DNA of 64,000 nucleotides from Eledone cirrhosa (Eukaryota): NCBI GenBank assembly GCA_964016885.1, contig OZ024742.1, positions 98,394,001 to 98,458,000 of the forward strand, read 5' to 3'. Shown piece by piece: positions 13,701 to 27,130 of this stretch (position 1 is its first letter; each line of letters starts with the position of its first letter). The notes under the pieces were generated by a model. It saw only the letters and a program-made list of their open reading frames with translations, ran no database searches and was not told where the DNA came from. The position numbers and the translations under genes were made by a program.

Positions 13701-14428
13701 ACATTTACTTTATTTTGTCGCGTTTTATCCTTAACCGCCAAGGGGTAATCATTTCGTGTTACCACTTCTAGGAGGAGTGTCAACCAAGACTAGAGGGGTA
13801 ATCCTCCCCTAGAGACACGGCTATTCCCCACACGCCGCCATCCAGGTATTTCTTGGTCACGGGGTTTTCTTTTTTGTTGTTTTTTTTAAATTGTTATTAT
13901 CATGAGTGGTTCCTTAATGGGAGCCCTGCGTGGCTAAGAAAGAAATTATTAATAATAATATAATATACTTTTTGTTGAAGTTGCCTCTGGTGTTGTTGTT
14001 GTTGGCCATTGCGGTGGTGCTGGGGCTTTTTCTCTTGTTGGTGGGAAACTTCATTGCCATAGTCGTTAACCTTTGACCGAGTCACTAAGTCAGTCTATTT
14101 ATATATTTTGTTAGCCTCTCCCTTGTCTAGTGTTACCGCCACCTTCCCTTTATTAATTTAACAGAAGGTAGTGGGGGAATAGTGGTGGTAGCAATGATGG
14201 AGTGGTGGCGGCCGTTATGGGATAGTGGTACTGTCGTGATGGCGTTGTAGCCACTGAGTTCTGTTGAATAGACTGTAGCTAGTATTGTATTGCGATTGTT
14301 TGATCTCTATATCTATGCGATTTATCGCCTATGTTTAATATACATGTTGACATATTTTCTTAATATTTGAATTAAACATTTTGAGAAAACGTGAGATAAA
14401 ATAATAATAATTATTATTATTATGTGGG

Positions 14429-14566
14429 ATTGGTGGTGGTGAAATTGCCGTTATCTGGCTGTTGTATTTAGTGTACACAGAGGGGGTTTTAGGTGGTGTA
14501 TTTAGGTTTTGGTGGTGAAAATGCCGTTATTTGGCTGTTCTATTTAGTGTAGACAGAGGGGGTTTT
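14429..14566. repeat. Two-copy direct repeat
   Basis: ggtggtgaaa(t)tgccgttat...tttagtgta.acagagggggtttt twice. Confidence 0.8.
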
Positions 14567-14599
14567 CTTCCATTTATAATCATTTTCTTTTTTGCCTTT

Positions 14600-15175
<576 letters not shown>

Positions 15176-15180
<5 letters not shown>

Positions 15181-15670
15181 ATAAATGCTCTGAAATAGCG
15201 ATATATATGTGAATATAGACATAGAATATTCGAAAATATTCTGTATGTTTATAATAAACATTTTGAAGACCTAATCGCTATAGAATAGAATACGTCACGT
15301 ATTACAATTAGATTCTCGATAAAAGCAAGGGAAGTAATCTACGCGTTTCATTCTTGTTAGAAATCTTCAGGACTACATATCCAGTGCTTTTATCGAGAAT
15401 GACACAGCTAGAGACTTATAGAATACTTAGCTTGTACACAGCTAAGTATTCTATAAGTCTCTAGCTGTGTCATTCTCGATAAAAGCACTGGATATGTAGT
15501 CCTGAAGATTTCTAACAAGAATGAAACGCGTAGATTACTTCCCTTGCTTTTATCGAGAATCTAATTGTAATACGTGACGTATTCTATTCTATAGCGATTA
15601 GGTCTTCAAAATGTTTATTATAAACATACAGAATATTTTCGAATATTCTATGTCTATATTCACATATATA
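15176..15670. mobile_element. Fold-back HHR element, ~230-bp arms with 7-nt loop (15433-15439)
   Basis: 15201-15432 is the reverse complement of 15440-15670 with no mismatch seen; short tail 15176-15200. Confidence 0.92.
15496..15538 (+). ncRNA. Minimal type I hammerhead (mirror copy on - at 15334-15376)
   Basis: gtagtc CTGAAGA tttctaacaagaat GAAA CGCG TA gattac; stem I extended by attctcgataaaagca/tgcttttatcgagaat. Confidence 0.92.
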
Positions 15671-16693
15671 TATATATATATATAGATAGATATGTTTCTT
15701 TTATTTGCCACCAGGGCATCAAAAGTGGGACAAGTACGATGGGGGGAGTTTACAAAACAAGGCGTCCTCAATAGGGAGGAGGCAATAACAATATATAAAA
15801 ATAAAATAAAATAAAATATAACAAAAATAAAATTTATATAGATAGATAGATATATAGATATAGATATATATATACATACACATATATACACACGCGTTCC
15901 CACATATTTATGTTTTGTGGTTCACCGTGAATTTAGTCAATGCCTAACATTCTATACAGTCCTCCTGTTTTATAATAACTACACAGGATATATATACTAC
16001 AAAATGTAAAATTGACTATTAATCTACACTTAACTTTCGGTATATTCATATTTTATATTGTAGTATCTAATCATATTATATTCCATATGGAATCTAATAT
16101 TGTCAACTCATAAAACTCAATGCTAGCTAAGTATTTAGTTTTATTTTATTGTACCTTTTTTATTATTTATTTTGTTTAATTAACCTTCAACTATATGCTT
16201 GCATTTTACCTATTCCACACAATTCTATCATCAGTGCTATTAATAATAATCTGGTATGTATTACATCAACGACTGACTGTCTGTTGATATTACATATTAC
16301 ACACAAGACTTCAGAATTTGTTTCCATTCCTTGAGTAAATAATTAAATAATTACACCATTTTCAATATATAAATATCCTCGGACCTGGTATATTATGGTT
16401 TGGACTTTGAAGAGATGAGAAGAGTAATAACGTCAGTTGCTATAGAAGGCCAAAGCACGCTCCTAGTCTTTTCTTTCACAATTTAAACACACATATATGT
16501 GTGAACTAGATTACTTAACCGTAAACGATTATTTTAACGAAACACTAATTAAAATATATTTCTATCTATAGTTACTCTTCATTTAATTTTTTTCTTATTT
16601 GTTTTCTTAATGTATCTGTTCCTTAATGTATTTTTCGTAATACATTTTTGTTCTGTTTCTTAACAAGACATGCAACCCAACTCTCATTACGTT

Positions 16694-16947
16694 TTATAAA
16701 AGTTTATTATATTTAATGAATTTGTATAACTTTGTATAACGCTCCAGACCTCCATATAATATATTTCTTTTAATCTGATCATCTTCATCGTCACACTTAG
16801 ATGGTTTAGGCCAGCATGTATTCCAACAGAATTTATTATCCCTAGCCTCTGTGGCAGCAGACCGGGTGCTCTCATTAACGGCATAGCATTATCTATAACA
16901 GGAATTTATGTCACCGCCACACTGGTACCACCCCCAACTTGTCGCAC
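16694..16947 (-). pseudogene. Candidate terminal exon for a 6-Cys peptide precursor, one in-frame TAA
   Basis: After acceptor tgtatgtttgatag (phase 1): ATSWGWYQCGGDINSCYR*CYAVNESTRSAATEARDNKFCWNTCWPKPSKCDDEDDQIKRNILYGGLERYTKLYKFIKYNKLL*. Confidence 0.45.
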
Positions 16948-17232
16948 CTATCAAACATACAATGATTTGAATTTACGAGCTTGTTATTTGGAGATGGTCT
17001 GCAGCAACAATAACATATACTTTGTGGGCTTTCTCCGAATCAAATATTTTCTCTATTGTCTGAATGTGTTTGCCGCAATTCCTTTATTGAATTACTAATT
17101 ACGCAATCCGAACCTTACGTAAGTAGGTAATTGATATATATATGTAGTATTTTCTACAGCAATCAAACTTTAAAGGAATATTACCAGTTCTGTCTCCTGT
17201 CATTTTCATCAAATTATATATATATATATATA

Positions 17233-17820
17233 TAAGGAAAAAAGATGCAATCGAAAATGAAACAGGATTCATTTTAAGAATATTTATTTGTTTCGTTTTA
17301 CCGGTTTACCAGTTCTTATGCTTTTCAAAAGTAGAATTGAGATGGAGGGTTTGTGGTTTTTCTCGCATCTGGTTGCTGTTCGAATGTTACTTCTGTTTTA
17401 TGTGGGAAAAAGTGGTCGGAATGGTAGGTTTTTTAGAAAAGTAATTTGGGTGGTTGATGATTGTCACGTGAATAAGTATAATAAATTGGCGCGAATTTTA
17501 TTATACTTATTTACGTGACAGTCATCAACCAACCAAATTACTTTTCTAAAAAAACTAGCATTTCAAGCCACTTTTTCCACATAAAACAGACGTAACATTC
17601 GAACACCAACCGGGTGCGAGAAAAACCACAAAAGACTCCATCTCAATTATACTTTTGAAAAACATAAGAACTGTGAAACCAGTAAAGGAGACATATAAAT
17701 ACTCTTAAAAAGACTCCAGTTGCATTTTCGATTTCATCTTTTTCATTATACTTTCACTCGTGTAGGACAACCATTTTTTTTTTTTCATTCATTTTGAAAA
17801 AAAAACCTCATTTTCTTAAA
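17233..17820. mobile_element. Older, diverged fold-back element with tail, in (TA)n
   Basis: Imperfect inverted arms centred near 17489; degenerate TTGAAAA...GAAA CC(A/G)G TA motif at 17652-17687. Confidence 0.8.
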
Positions 17821-18324
17821 TATATATATATATAAATCAGAATGGATACAGTGAAAACCAGTTAGACCATTACTCACCAGAGTACTCGATACGTGGAGTG
17901 ATAGAATGGGTAATTTGAAAAATTCGGGACACTGACTCGTTCGGATCTAGGTGTTGAAACAGCAGGAGCTCAGCCCTCAGAATCCCGGATGTTACATGTA
18001 TATATATGAGGTGTGTATATGTGTTTGAGGGGGTGCATGATTTTCAGCCAAAATTGGCTCATAGAAACCGGTAATATATAACGAATATACATGTTCGTTA
18101 TATATACATCTCTTTGCGTTCAGCTTTGAGCAAAAGTATGTTAATATAAGAGAGTGCGTGTGTGTATACAGAGCTGTGATGGGAAAAGTGGAGTATGTGT
18201 ATTTTTGTTCGTCTGTATTAGCTTGGATTTTCAAATTGGCTTTTTACTCTAAAGCTGAATATACACCCGGAATTTACCTGAACTTCAACCAGGAAATCTT
18301 TTCTTATCAGTGAAAATTGCTTTG

Positions 18325-18477
<153 letters not shown>

Positions 18478-18682
18478 ACGAAGAAAGTGTGATAAGGAAC
18501 CAGGTGGACCATAATGCACGAGAGTACTCGATACTTAGAGTAGTAGAGTGGGTAATAGGGAAAGAGTGAAGACCTCGACGGCTGACCTCCAGCTGTTTCG
18601 ACAGCTAAATCCGTTCGGCTCTAGCTGTCGAAACAGCCGTAGCTCAGCCGTCGGGGTCCTGACTCTTTCCCTATGTATATTA

Positions 18683-18685
<3 letters not shown>
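18478..18685. mobile_element. Mini hairpin-plus-tail element; relatives at 17836-17995 and, inverted, 55969-56153
   Basis: cgacggctga...gtttcgacagcta / tagctgtcgaaac...tcagccgtcg hairpin and shared gaaccaggtg.accataa tail. Confidence 0.8.
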
Positions 18686-18776
<91 letters not shown>

Positions 18777-18777
18777 A

Positions 18778-18989
18778 ATATGATTCCAGTTCCTCAGTGA
18801 AATAACAACCCAACCAGGAACTGGGCATATCAGAGTATTGACAAATTTATTCACCTCAACAACATATGTACTTGTCTATACCATACTAATTCGGACTGCC
18901 TGAAGAGGTCACAGCCAATGATGGCTGTCACTGAAATATATATAGCAGTAATAAACGAAGCCAAATTTTAAACATTTGACTTATTTATT

Positions 18990-18997
<8 letters not shown>
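18778..18997 (+). mobile_element. Solo ~220-bp HHR element between (TA)n tracts; second copy at 44031-44270 (-)
   Basis: Alignable over its length with the reverse complement of 44031-44270. Confidence 0.85.
18895..18949 (+). ncRNA. Type I hammerhead
   Basis: actgc CTGAAGA ggtcacagcca atga tggctgtcact GAAA TATATA TA gcagt. Confidence 0.9.
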
Positions 18998-19043
<46 letters not shown>

Positions 19044-19045
<2 letters not shown>

Positions 19046-20344
19046 CAATGAAATGACAGGAGGCTGGATTTGTGTAAATCCTTGAGAGGTTTATTATAAT
19101 ATGATCATTTCAATGACCGGGTTCCGTATGAATCCGGTGATATCATCAGGTATTCGAAATATAATACGTGAATGTAATAGATAAAATCCATGGGGCTGAA
19201 AATCGAGGACCCGAGTGCGACCGCTATTCTGTTCCTTCAACCTCAGCCGGTCGCCTTGGAGTGACGTGGCTAAAGTTTATAGTATGCTACTACCGGTCAG
19301 ATAAACGAAAACAGAAAGGGATGGGAACATAAGTTAGCGTCAATCTCATGATATACGGTAAAAGAAAGAAAGAAAGAAAGGAAGGAGAGAGACGAAGGGG
19401 GAAGAAAGAAGAAGAGAAGCCAGGGTTAACGTCAGCTAAAAGAGTAAAGGCAACTACAGATATAGGCAAGCAAGAGGGGGAAGGAAGATAAGTCTGCGGG
19501 AGGAAGACAGGAAGATGGGAGAAGAGAAGGAAGAGAATAGAGAAGTAGAAAAGTAAGGGTTGATGGCTACAAGAAGGAAGATAGAAAGAATGAGGAAGAA
19601 AGGTCGATATTAATGTCAGACCGCAGTCAGGCCAGGAGTGGCGCGAGAAAATGTTCACAGGGACCCGTATCTTAGCAGAGGTGAATATATTGGGATTCAG
19701 TGTGTTACAGTGTTTAGACTTCTAGGATGAAGTTAAAAAAAATTAATAATCAATATTCAATATTAAAGAGGTTAGAAAATTTAAAGTTCAACAGTTTAAC
19801 ATTTTATTATATAATAGTTCCGATTTGTTCTGTAATTTAAAGGTACTATGTGGCGGTTAAAACACCGGCCGCGCCCCGGGCCCCATGGCGAACTAAGCTA
19901 CGCCGAGTATTTTCATTTACCGAAAGAAGAGGAAATTTATTTTTCCAAGCACTCCAGGTAAGCTCGTTCGCCAGGGAGCTGGTTGCGCCGCCATCAAAAC
20001 CCACCCAAGAGCCCGACAGAAAGTTGGAACTCTAAAATTTTGCTTAGAGAAGCCCGATGGATTTTATCTATTACATTCACGTATTATATTTCGAATACCT
20101 GATGATATCACCGGATTCATACGGAACCCGGTCATTGAAATGATCATAGTATAATAAACCTTTCAAGGATTTACACAAATCCAGCCTCCTGTCATTTCAT
20201 TATAATATTTAACTCCGTAATAGCACCACCAACTACAAAAACAAAGACGGTTGAACTGCCTTACGTTGAGTACTCTCTATATTATTGCATCACAATTGAC
20301 CATACGGAATAGACCAGCTCTATACAGTGGTGAACCTCAAACCC

Positions 20345-20347
<3 letters not shown>
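19044..20347. mobile_element. Inverted-arm HHR element with ~860-bp spacer and tail
   Basis: 19046-19192 inverted to ~20056-20201; tail to 20347; (TA)n flanks. Confidence 0.85.
20095..20152 (+). ncRNA. Type I hammerhead (mirror copy on - at 19096-19153)
   Basis: atac CTGATGA tatcaccgg...ccggtcatt GAAA TGATCA TA gtat. Confidence 0.82.
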
Positions 20348-20427
<80 letters not shown>

Positions 20428-21055
20428 ACTTTTATATATATAATCCTAACAAATATTTATGTAGCGACAGAGATAGAGATATATATTGTTATAGAGAAAG
20501 TAATGGAAAAAGAGCTAGGTATATTGATTGAGAATGCCAGTGAGATAGTCAGGCAGACGGACGGCCGCACTAGAATGCAAGTGGAAGACCAAAATGGCTG
20601 CAATAACTTGTGATTGCTTCTTCTCAATCTACTTGAGATCATTAGCAGTTGCTGCCACTAATATCTCGTGTGCGTTTAATCGGAATGTTTTAGAGCAACA
20701 CGCATGCATTTCGAGTTGCATTAAGATTATTCATTTTATGTTAATAGAATCCGAAATAGCATATGAAAATTGAATTTAGATAAAGTCATTTCTACTTAAA
20801 TGGCTTCATGTCACGAAGCGAAGTCCCTAACAAGATAAATGTTTGTCCGTTATTATTGGAATCGATGCAAACACAGGAAACTTTCTAAAGAACTCAACAG
20901 ATAAAACGCGTAATAAGCAAGAGCTGTTGGCATTTTGGTTGGTAGAACAACAAAAAGAAAGAAAGAAAGAAAGAGAAGAAAGAAAGGAAGGAAAGTTTCG
21001 TCACTAATTCTTAATAGATGACTGTTTGCAGATAGATATATAGAAATCATCGCGG

Positions 21056-21090
<35 letters not shown>

Positions 21091-21790
21091 CTATGTGTGT
21101 GTGTCTGTGTGTATATATACTTTTATTATTATTTTCCCCATTGGTAGAGAAACTTTGGTCGTTTGAGTGGCTGCTATTATTAGCAGTACAAAATTAACCT
21201 GTCCACCGTGCATCGCCTTTGCACACGATACCATGACAAAACTGCTTTATCATTCATTTGCTCTCATTCTGAGGCAGCTTCGAATGGCGCCAGTTTGAAA
21301 TTTTTAACTCGGGAATTTTATATTCTCCGAGAGAGAAATGCCTTCTGTCGATAATCTCTTTCTCAATGTAAAAAAAAAACCCGCATGGAATATCTATTCG
21401 TTCGGGATCTGAAACCGTGTAAGGGCACATATAGTAAGTACAGTGAATTTTTAAAAATATATTTTGAAATGTTTTCGATATTTGCTTTCCCTTGATTTTA
21501 TATATATATATATATATATATAAACGGAAAAAATGAAACGAAATTTCATTTCCCACTCTTAGTATGGCTGTTACTTAAATATAAGTATGTACACGTACAT
21601 ACATATATGTATACAGACGTACAGTAGTATGTGTATATATATACACACATGCACACATATATATATATATGTACGTATGGATTCACCGAACATTTATTAT
21701 AATGCTCGGTGTGTTTGTAAACAAACATCCCGTATTAAGCCGTAGTGTCCAGCAACCATCGTTGCTCGTTTGTTCAACACTGACAAAGGA

Positions 21791-21833
21791 ACGCTGTACT
21801 AGTTTCAAGCTTATTAGCTATCGTCAGCAACGT
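21791..21833 (-). ncRNA. Minimal type I hammerhead
   Basis: acgttg CTGACGA tagctaataagctt GAAA CTAG TA cagcgt. Confidence 0.9.
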
Positions 21834-22411
21834 ATACCTTCCTGCCAGATTATTGAACGTATATACTTACCTTATGCATATTAACAACTGAGAAGCCCAA
21901 TTTGCATATCGAGTGGGTTAATCGGCCGGGTGCACCGAAAACGATAAACGGAAAAAATGAAACGAAATTTCATTTCCCACTCTTAGTACGGCTGTTACTT
22001 AAATATAAGTATGTACACGTACATACATACATACATGTATACAGACGTACAGTAGTATGTATATATATATACATACATGCACACATATATATATGTACGT
22101 ATGGATTCACCGAACATGTATGATGATGCTCGGTGTGTTTGTAAACAAACATCCCGTATTAAGCTCTAGTGTCCAGCAACCATCGTTGCTCGTTTGTTCA
22201 ACACTATATATATATATATATAAGTATGTATACAGACGTACAGTAGTATGTATATACATACATACATGCACACATATGTATATATATATACGTATGGGTT
22301 TACCGAACATTTATTATAATGCTCGGTTTGTTTGTAAACAAACAGCCTGAATTATTAGCCGTACAGTGTTCGGCAACTATCGTTGCCATGTTGTTCAACG
22401 CTGACAAAGGA

Positions 22412-22454
22412 ACGATGAACTAGTTTCTAGCTTATTAGCTGTCATCAGCACCGT
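22412..22454 (-). ncRNA. Minimal type I hammerhead (GUU site)
   Basis: acggtg CTGATGA cagctaataagcta GAAA CTAG TT catcgt; inverted copy near 22565-22607 has ATGATGA. Confidence 0.82.
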
Positions 22455-22854
22455 ATACCTTCCTGTCAGCTGATTGAAAGTTTGAAAGTATATACTTATG
22501 CATATTAACGGCTGATCAGCCTAATTTGCATATCGAGTGAGTTAATCAACTGACAGGAAGGTATACGGAGATGATGACAGCTAATAAACTAGAAACTAGT
22601 TCATCGTTCCTTTGTCAGTTTTGAACAAAATGGCAACGATGGTTGCCGACACTGTACGGCTAATAATTCGGGCTGTTTGTTTACAAACACACCGAGCATT
22701 ATAATAAATGTTCGTTAAACCCCTATATATATATATGTGTACATGTATGTATATACATACTACAGTACGTCTATATACATATATGTATGTACGTATACAT
22801 ACTTATATTTAAGTATCAGCCGTACTAAGAGTGAGAAATGAAATTTCAATTTTT

Positions 22855-22932
<78 letters not shown>

Positions 22933-22969
22933 CTGTAGAAGCCTTTTCTATATATATATATATATATAA

Positions 22970-23863
22970 ATTAATAAAATAATGAATAAACAAAGAAGCA
23001 GTTCCTTATATTAAAAAAAATTCATCATTTTACGATCGTTTCTAGGATATATATGTGTTAGAGTTGGTATGCATATTCTATAGATCTATGTACAATATTT
23101 ATACAAACTATCAGAGGGAATATACATACCTACACATATATATGCTGTCTTCAGAAATAATAATATTTGTTTATTGAAAAAACAAAGATTCAATACAATA
23201 GGTCTGTTTGGGAACAGGCTTTGAATTGACCAATAGACAGATAGTGAGGGTCAAGGTAGTAATATAGTAGTAGAAGAACCTTAAATTATGGGTAGAGGAA
23301 GGTAGATTTCAGTTTGGGATGGAAAAGAATATTATGAATGAAGGATTATTTTAGGGAAGAAATAGGTCTTATGCTGACCTCAGAAATAATTTTATTTGTT
23401 CATTGAATAAAACCAACAAAGATCTAATATATTCTGTCTGTTTGGTAAGAGGTTTAGTATTAACCAATAGAAAGTTAATAATTGGCCAAATGGTAAAATA
23501 GTAGTAATTGAAGCTTATTTTAGGGGTGAAAATAGGTCAGGTGGTCAGTAAAAGGATAGTTTGTATAAATATTGTACATAGTTCTATAGAACATGCATAC
23601 CAACTCTAACACATATATATCCTAAACATATATATCCTAACACATATATATCCTAAAAACGATCGTAAAATGATGAATTTTTTTTAATATAAGGAACTGC
23701 TTCTTTGTTTATTCATTATTTTATTTATTTATCTTGACTCTGTTTTCCGTTTATTTTTCACCGAAGCTAGTTTTTGAATGCATCTTCTCTTTTCATGATA
23801 TCCGGATTACATTAAGTTCTTCCTACGGATTGGACACTACCGTAAACTTTTGGTAGATTTATC

Positions 23864-23866
<3 letters not shown>
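22970..23866. mobile_element. Fold-back element with tail, relative of 9139-11048; HHR on - at ~23021-23164
   Basis: Arms ~22970-23112 and ~23555-23730; attattattt CTGAAGA c...a GAAA CGATCG TA aaatgatgaa; tails share ttcttc.tacgg.ttggac. Confidence 0.82.
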
Positions 23867-23897
<31 letters not shown>

Positions 23898-23998
23898 CAA
23901 GAGATGTCAATATGAATAGACCTGTTATTTGCATCTAAAGAAATTTTTTTACACTTACAATCCACCCGTCCCCTCAATCTATCTTATTTCTCATTCTT

Positions 23999-24034
23999 TC
24001 TTCCGATGAAGCACTAGCGTCCGAAACGGTAAGA
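23999..24034 (+). ncRNA. Degenerate hammerhead remnant, related to 39083-39119
   Basis: tctt CCGATGA agcactagcgtcc GAAA CGG TA aga. Confidence 0.5.
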
Positions 24035-26427
24035 CCCCCTTTCTTCTATATCAAGCGTTACCCTAATATATCCTTTCCATATACTGTACCGATTGTGTTG
24101 AGATCACAATGGTAACTATATCTTTTTATTAATGGCTTCGTAGTGGCTAATTGTGAAATTGAAATTTAGAAGAACATAGAGTAATGAAACTGTTGCTAAT
24201 TATTTCAGACATGCCTGAGTGCTTAACAACTTCGTGTCACAATCATGAGTTCTCGGTTTCGATTTCATTGTGTGGCAAATATACAAATTATAAACTTGTG
24301 TCGATATAAACCCCGGCGGAAATTGTTTAGAAGACTGTTAGACGACATAGGAACTTCATAAATTGTATAATTGTCTGTAGAATATTCAATAACTTGTTGA
24401 AACGCTAGCTGGACATTCCACAGATCGAACGATTGGATTTTCACCGTTGAAGCTGACAGGGCGCCTATCATCATTGCTAAGAATGTTTCAACTCACAATA
24501 AGCACATCTCGGATGTACCTCTTGGGCCAGGTTATAGTCTTTTTAATTAAAGTATAGTGGGTAGTATTGGATTCACATGTTAGCTGTGGCGAAGGTGTTA
24601 GCGGGATGTTGCTCCTAGTAAAATTGTTAGTGATGGTGGTGATTTTGTTGCTGATGGTCGTGGTAATGGCGCTGTTTTTGCTGGTGGCGATGGTCATGGT
24701 TATGGTGCAGTTGTTGCACCATCACCATGACCACTGTTGGTTGTGATTTTACTGTGTGGTTTTAATAATTGGTGTGAAATTGTAGTGCTGTTGTTTTTAA
24801 CTTTTAGCAGTAATTATAGCTGTGCATCTGTAATATTTATGTATATGCAATGGTATAGTAGAATTGAAGATTTCCGTGGTTGTTAGTAATTGCATTGTGC
24901 ATGAGCCTTTAGCACTGTGCTCTTGATAGACATTTCAGTGTAGAGCCATAATAGAGATCTAAATACAAAATAAGAGCATGGCCATTAGAGCGTCTTATAA
25001 ATCGTTAGCGTATTTTTTCCGGTTCCTTATGTTCAAATACCACCTTTCATTATTCTGAAGTTGATAAAATGGGATACCAGTCAAGCATTGGAATCCATAT
25101 AATTTACTGTCCACGGCACCCTAAAAAATCCCTGGCTTTGTGCTTAGAAGTATTTATTAGATACTTTTTTTCTTTTCACACACATACATATGTGAGAAAA
25201 GAGGTGGAAGTAGAACAACATTTATTCACTTAGTCGAACAGCATATCCCAACTTCACCCCAAATAAAAAATAATGGAAGATTTGATTCGGACAAAATAGA
25301 GGGACAACCGCTTCACTAGACATTCCACCTCTCACTTGACGTGATATCTTCACCCAGAATTGACAGCAGAAGACTGTTGTTAAGTGTCCAAGAAGAAGGT
25401 AGGTTTCAATGGTGACAAGATAAAAATTGGTCAATGCCTGGTAGTTGGTCATCTTCCGCTCCTCTGTGTAATAATGTATCCAGTCAAGACGGAGTATATA
25501 TCTGTGTATCAGGACATGGCAAATATTAATCTGATCTGACCTGTGAGCATGCTCGTGTTAGGACTTGCGATCAATTATGGTGGAGATCAGTCGTCGGCAA
25601 CAGGAAGCAAATTGAACCAGCGAGAAAGTATATTCATCGCATTCTTTCTTTTTTTCACAAGTGTAATTTGAGGGAGATTAGGGTGCCATTACTAAAAGAC
25701 GAGGCCTTTCTAGGCCGGTCTTTAGTTAGGGTTGGTTCTCAGTTTAATGCTCAATGAAATACAGGAATGACTGGCGTTATGTTAAGACTGGTTACTCAAT
25801 TATTCGGTTAGTGTTCAGTTGAATAGCCGAACAATAATTGGATTCTGCTGTCCGTGTATAGGAAATCAGATTAAGGATAGTTATGTATGGAATCATAAGA
25901 TTGAACTGTGGTGAGGAGGACATGGTATTGGCAGGGAGGACTAAATATTGGCAGAGAGGCAATGGTGGAGATGACACAAAACTGACATGGAGGCGCCGGT
26001 GGAGAAGACACATTATTGGTAGAGTTAGTGGTGGTGAACGAAATGGCGTATAGGGAAATATAAGTCTATAGCAATGGTGGTGAGAAAGATGTGTTATGTA
26101 TGGCATCATAGGGTTCGAGCATTGGTGAAGAGTGTAGGTTATTGGTAGGTTGGGGAGCAATATTGGCAGGGAGGCTGTGGTGGGGAGGGGGAGGGGGTAT
26201 TGGATTGAAGTGCTTCTGGGGAGAATACGGTATTGGTAGGGGGCCGTGGTTGGGAAGATAGGATATTGTTGGTGATCGTGAGTAGGATAGGTTATTGGCA
26301 AAGAAAAGGTAGTGGCGGTACGCTTGTAATAATATGACCGGGAAAATGAAAGGAAAGAGAAATATATTTGCTTACTGTCATTAATTACGTGGTGTGTGAA
26401 CCGATGGGGATGTTAGCAATAACACTG

Positions 26428-26428
26428 A

Positions 26429-26508
<80 letters not shown>

Positions 26509-27130
26509 TTATCATAACCAGCACATCATGCACACCACCACCAGCACGCAAGGACTACTGGTACTGTTCTTGTTAATGATAGTGGCGATGCTGATAATGT
26601 AGTGTTGCTATTACAGTTGTTGATGGTGGTGTTAGTAGGTTTTGTTGGTGCTACTATTGTTAATACTCGTATAAGCAATTTTGATGAGAGTAACGGGTGT
26701 GGTGTTATTGCTGTTGTTGGTGATGGTAGTTCTTTTGGAGAGGGTGATGCTGCTGCTACTATTGTTGTTGTTGGTGATAGTATTTATTTTCTTGGTGGTG
26801 GTGGTGGCGGTTGTGGTTCTAGCGTTCATGTTATTGGTGTTATTGAAGGTAGCGTTGTTGTTGGTGGAGTCGTTTTGGTGATGTCGTTCTTGTTATTATT
26901 GATGTTGCTGGTGGTTGTTGTGTCGGTACTGTTGTTATCGTTGTTATTGTCGGTGGTGTCGGCCCTGTTAATGTTATTAATAGAGTTGTGGTTTTTATTG
27001 TTGGTGGTTCATGTGATGGTGGTTGTTGTGTTGGTGTCGGCCCTGTTCCTGTTACTAATACAGTTGTTGTTATTGTTGCTGGTGGTGTTGATGGTGGTGG
27101 AAGTAATATTGCTCTTACTAATACTGCAGT
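26428..27130. repeat. (CTA)n plus GTT/GGT-rich low-complexity tract
   Basis: Direct reading. Confidence 0.9.

Larger units (their letters stand above)
21522..22857. mobile_element. HHR repeat family: partial tandem (~424-bp period) followed by a fold-back pair; fragment at 48325-48522
   Basis: Units start at 21522 and 21946; 22222-22470 is inverted to ~22549-22815. Confidence 0.88.

Noticed and set aside
13740-13870. Possible HDV-like ribozyme in the R4/Dong 5' region
   Set aside because: Local pairing is visible but the nested pseudoknot could not be assembled by eye.
20853-20925. MPTALAYYAFYLL as signal exon for the 16.7-kb peptide
   Set aside because: Weak signal-peptide character and no good phase-1 donor.
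24265-24545. Protein-like short frames on the minus strand
   Set aside because: Frames are discontinuous, with no motif or credible splice pattern.
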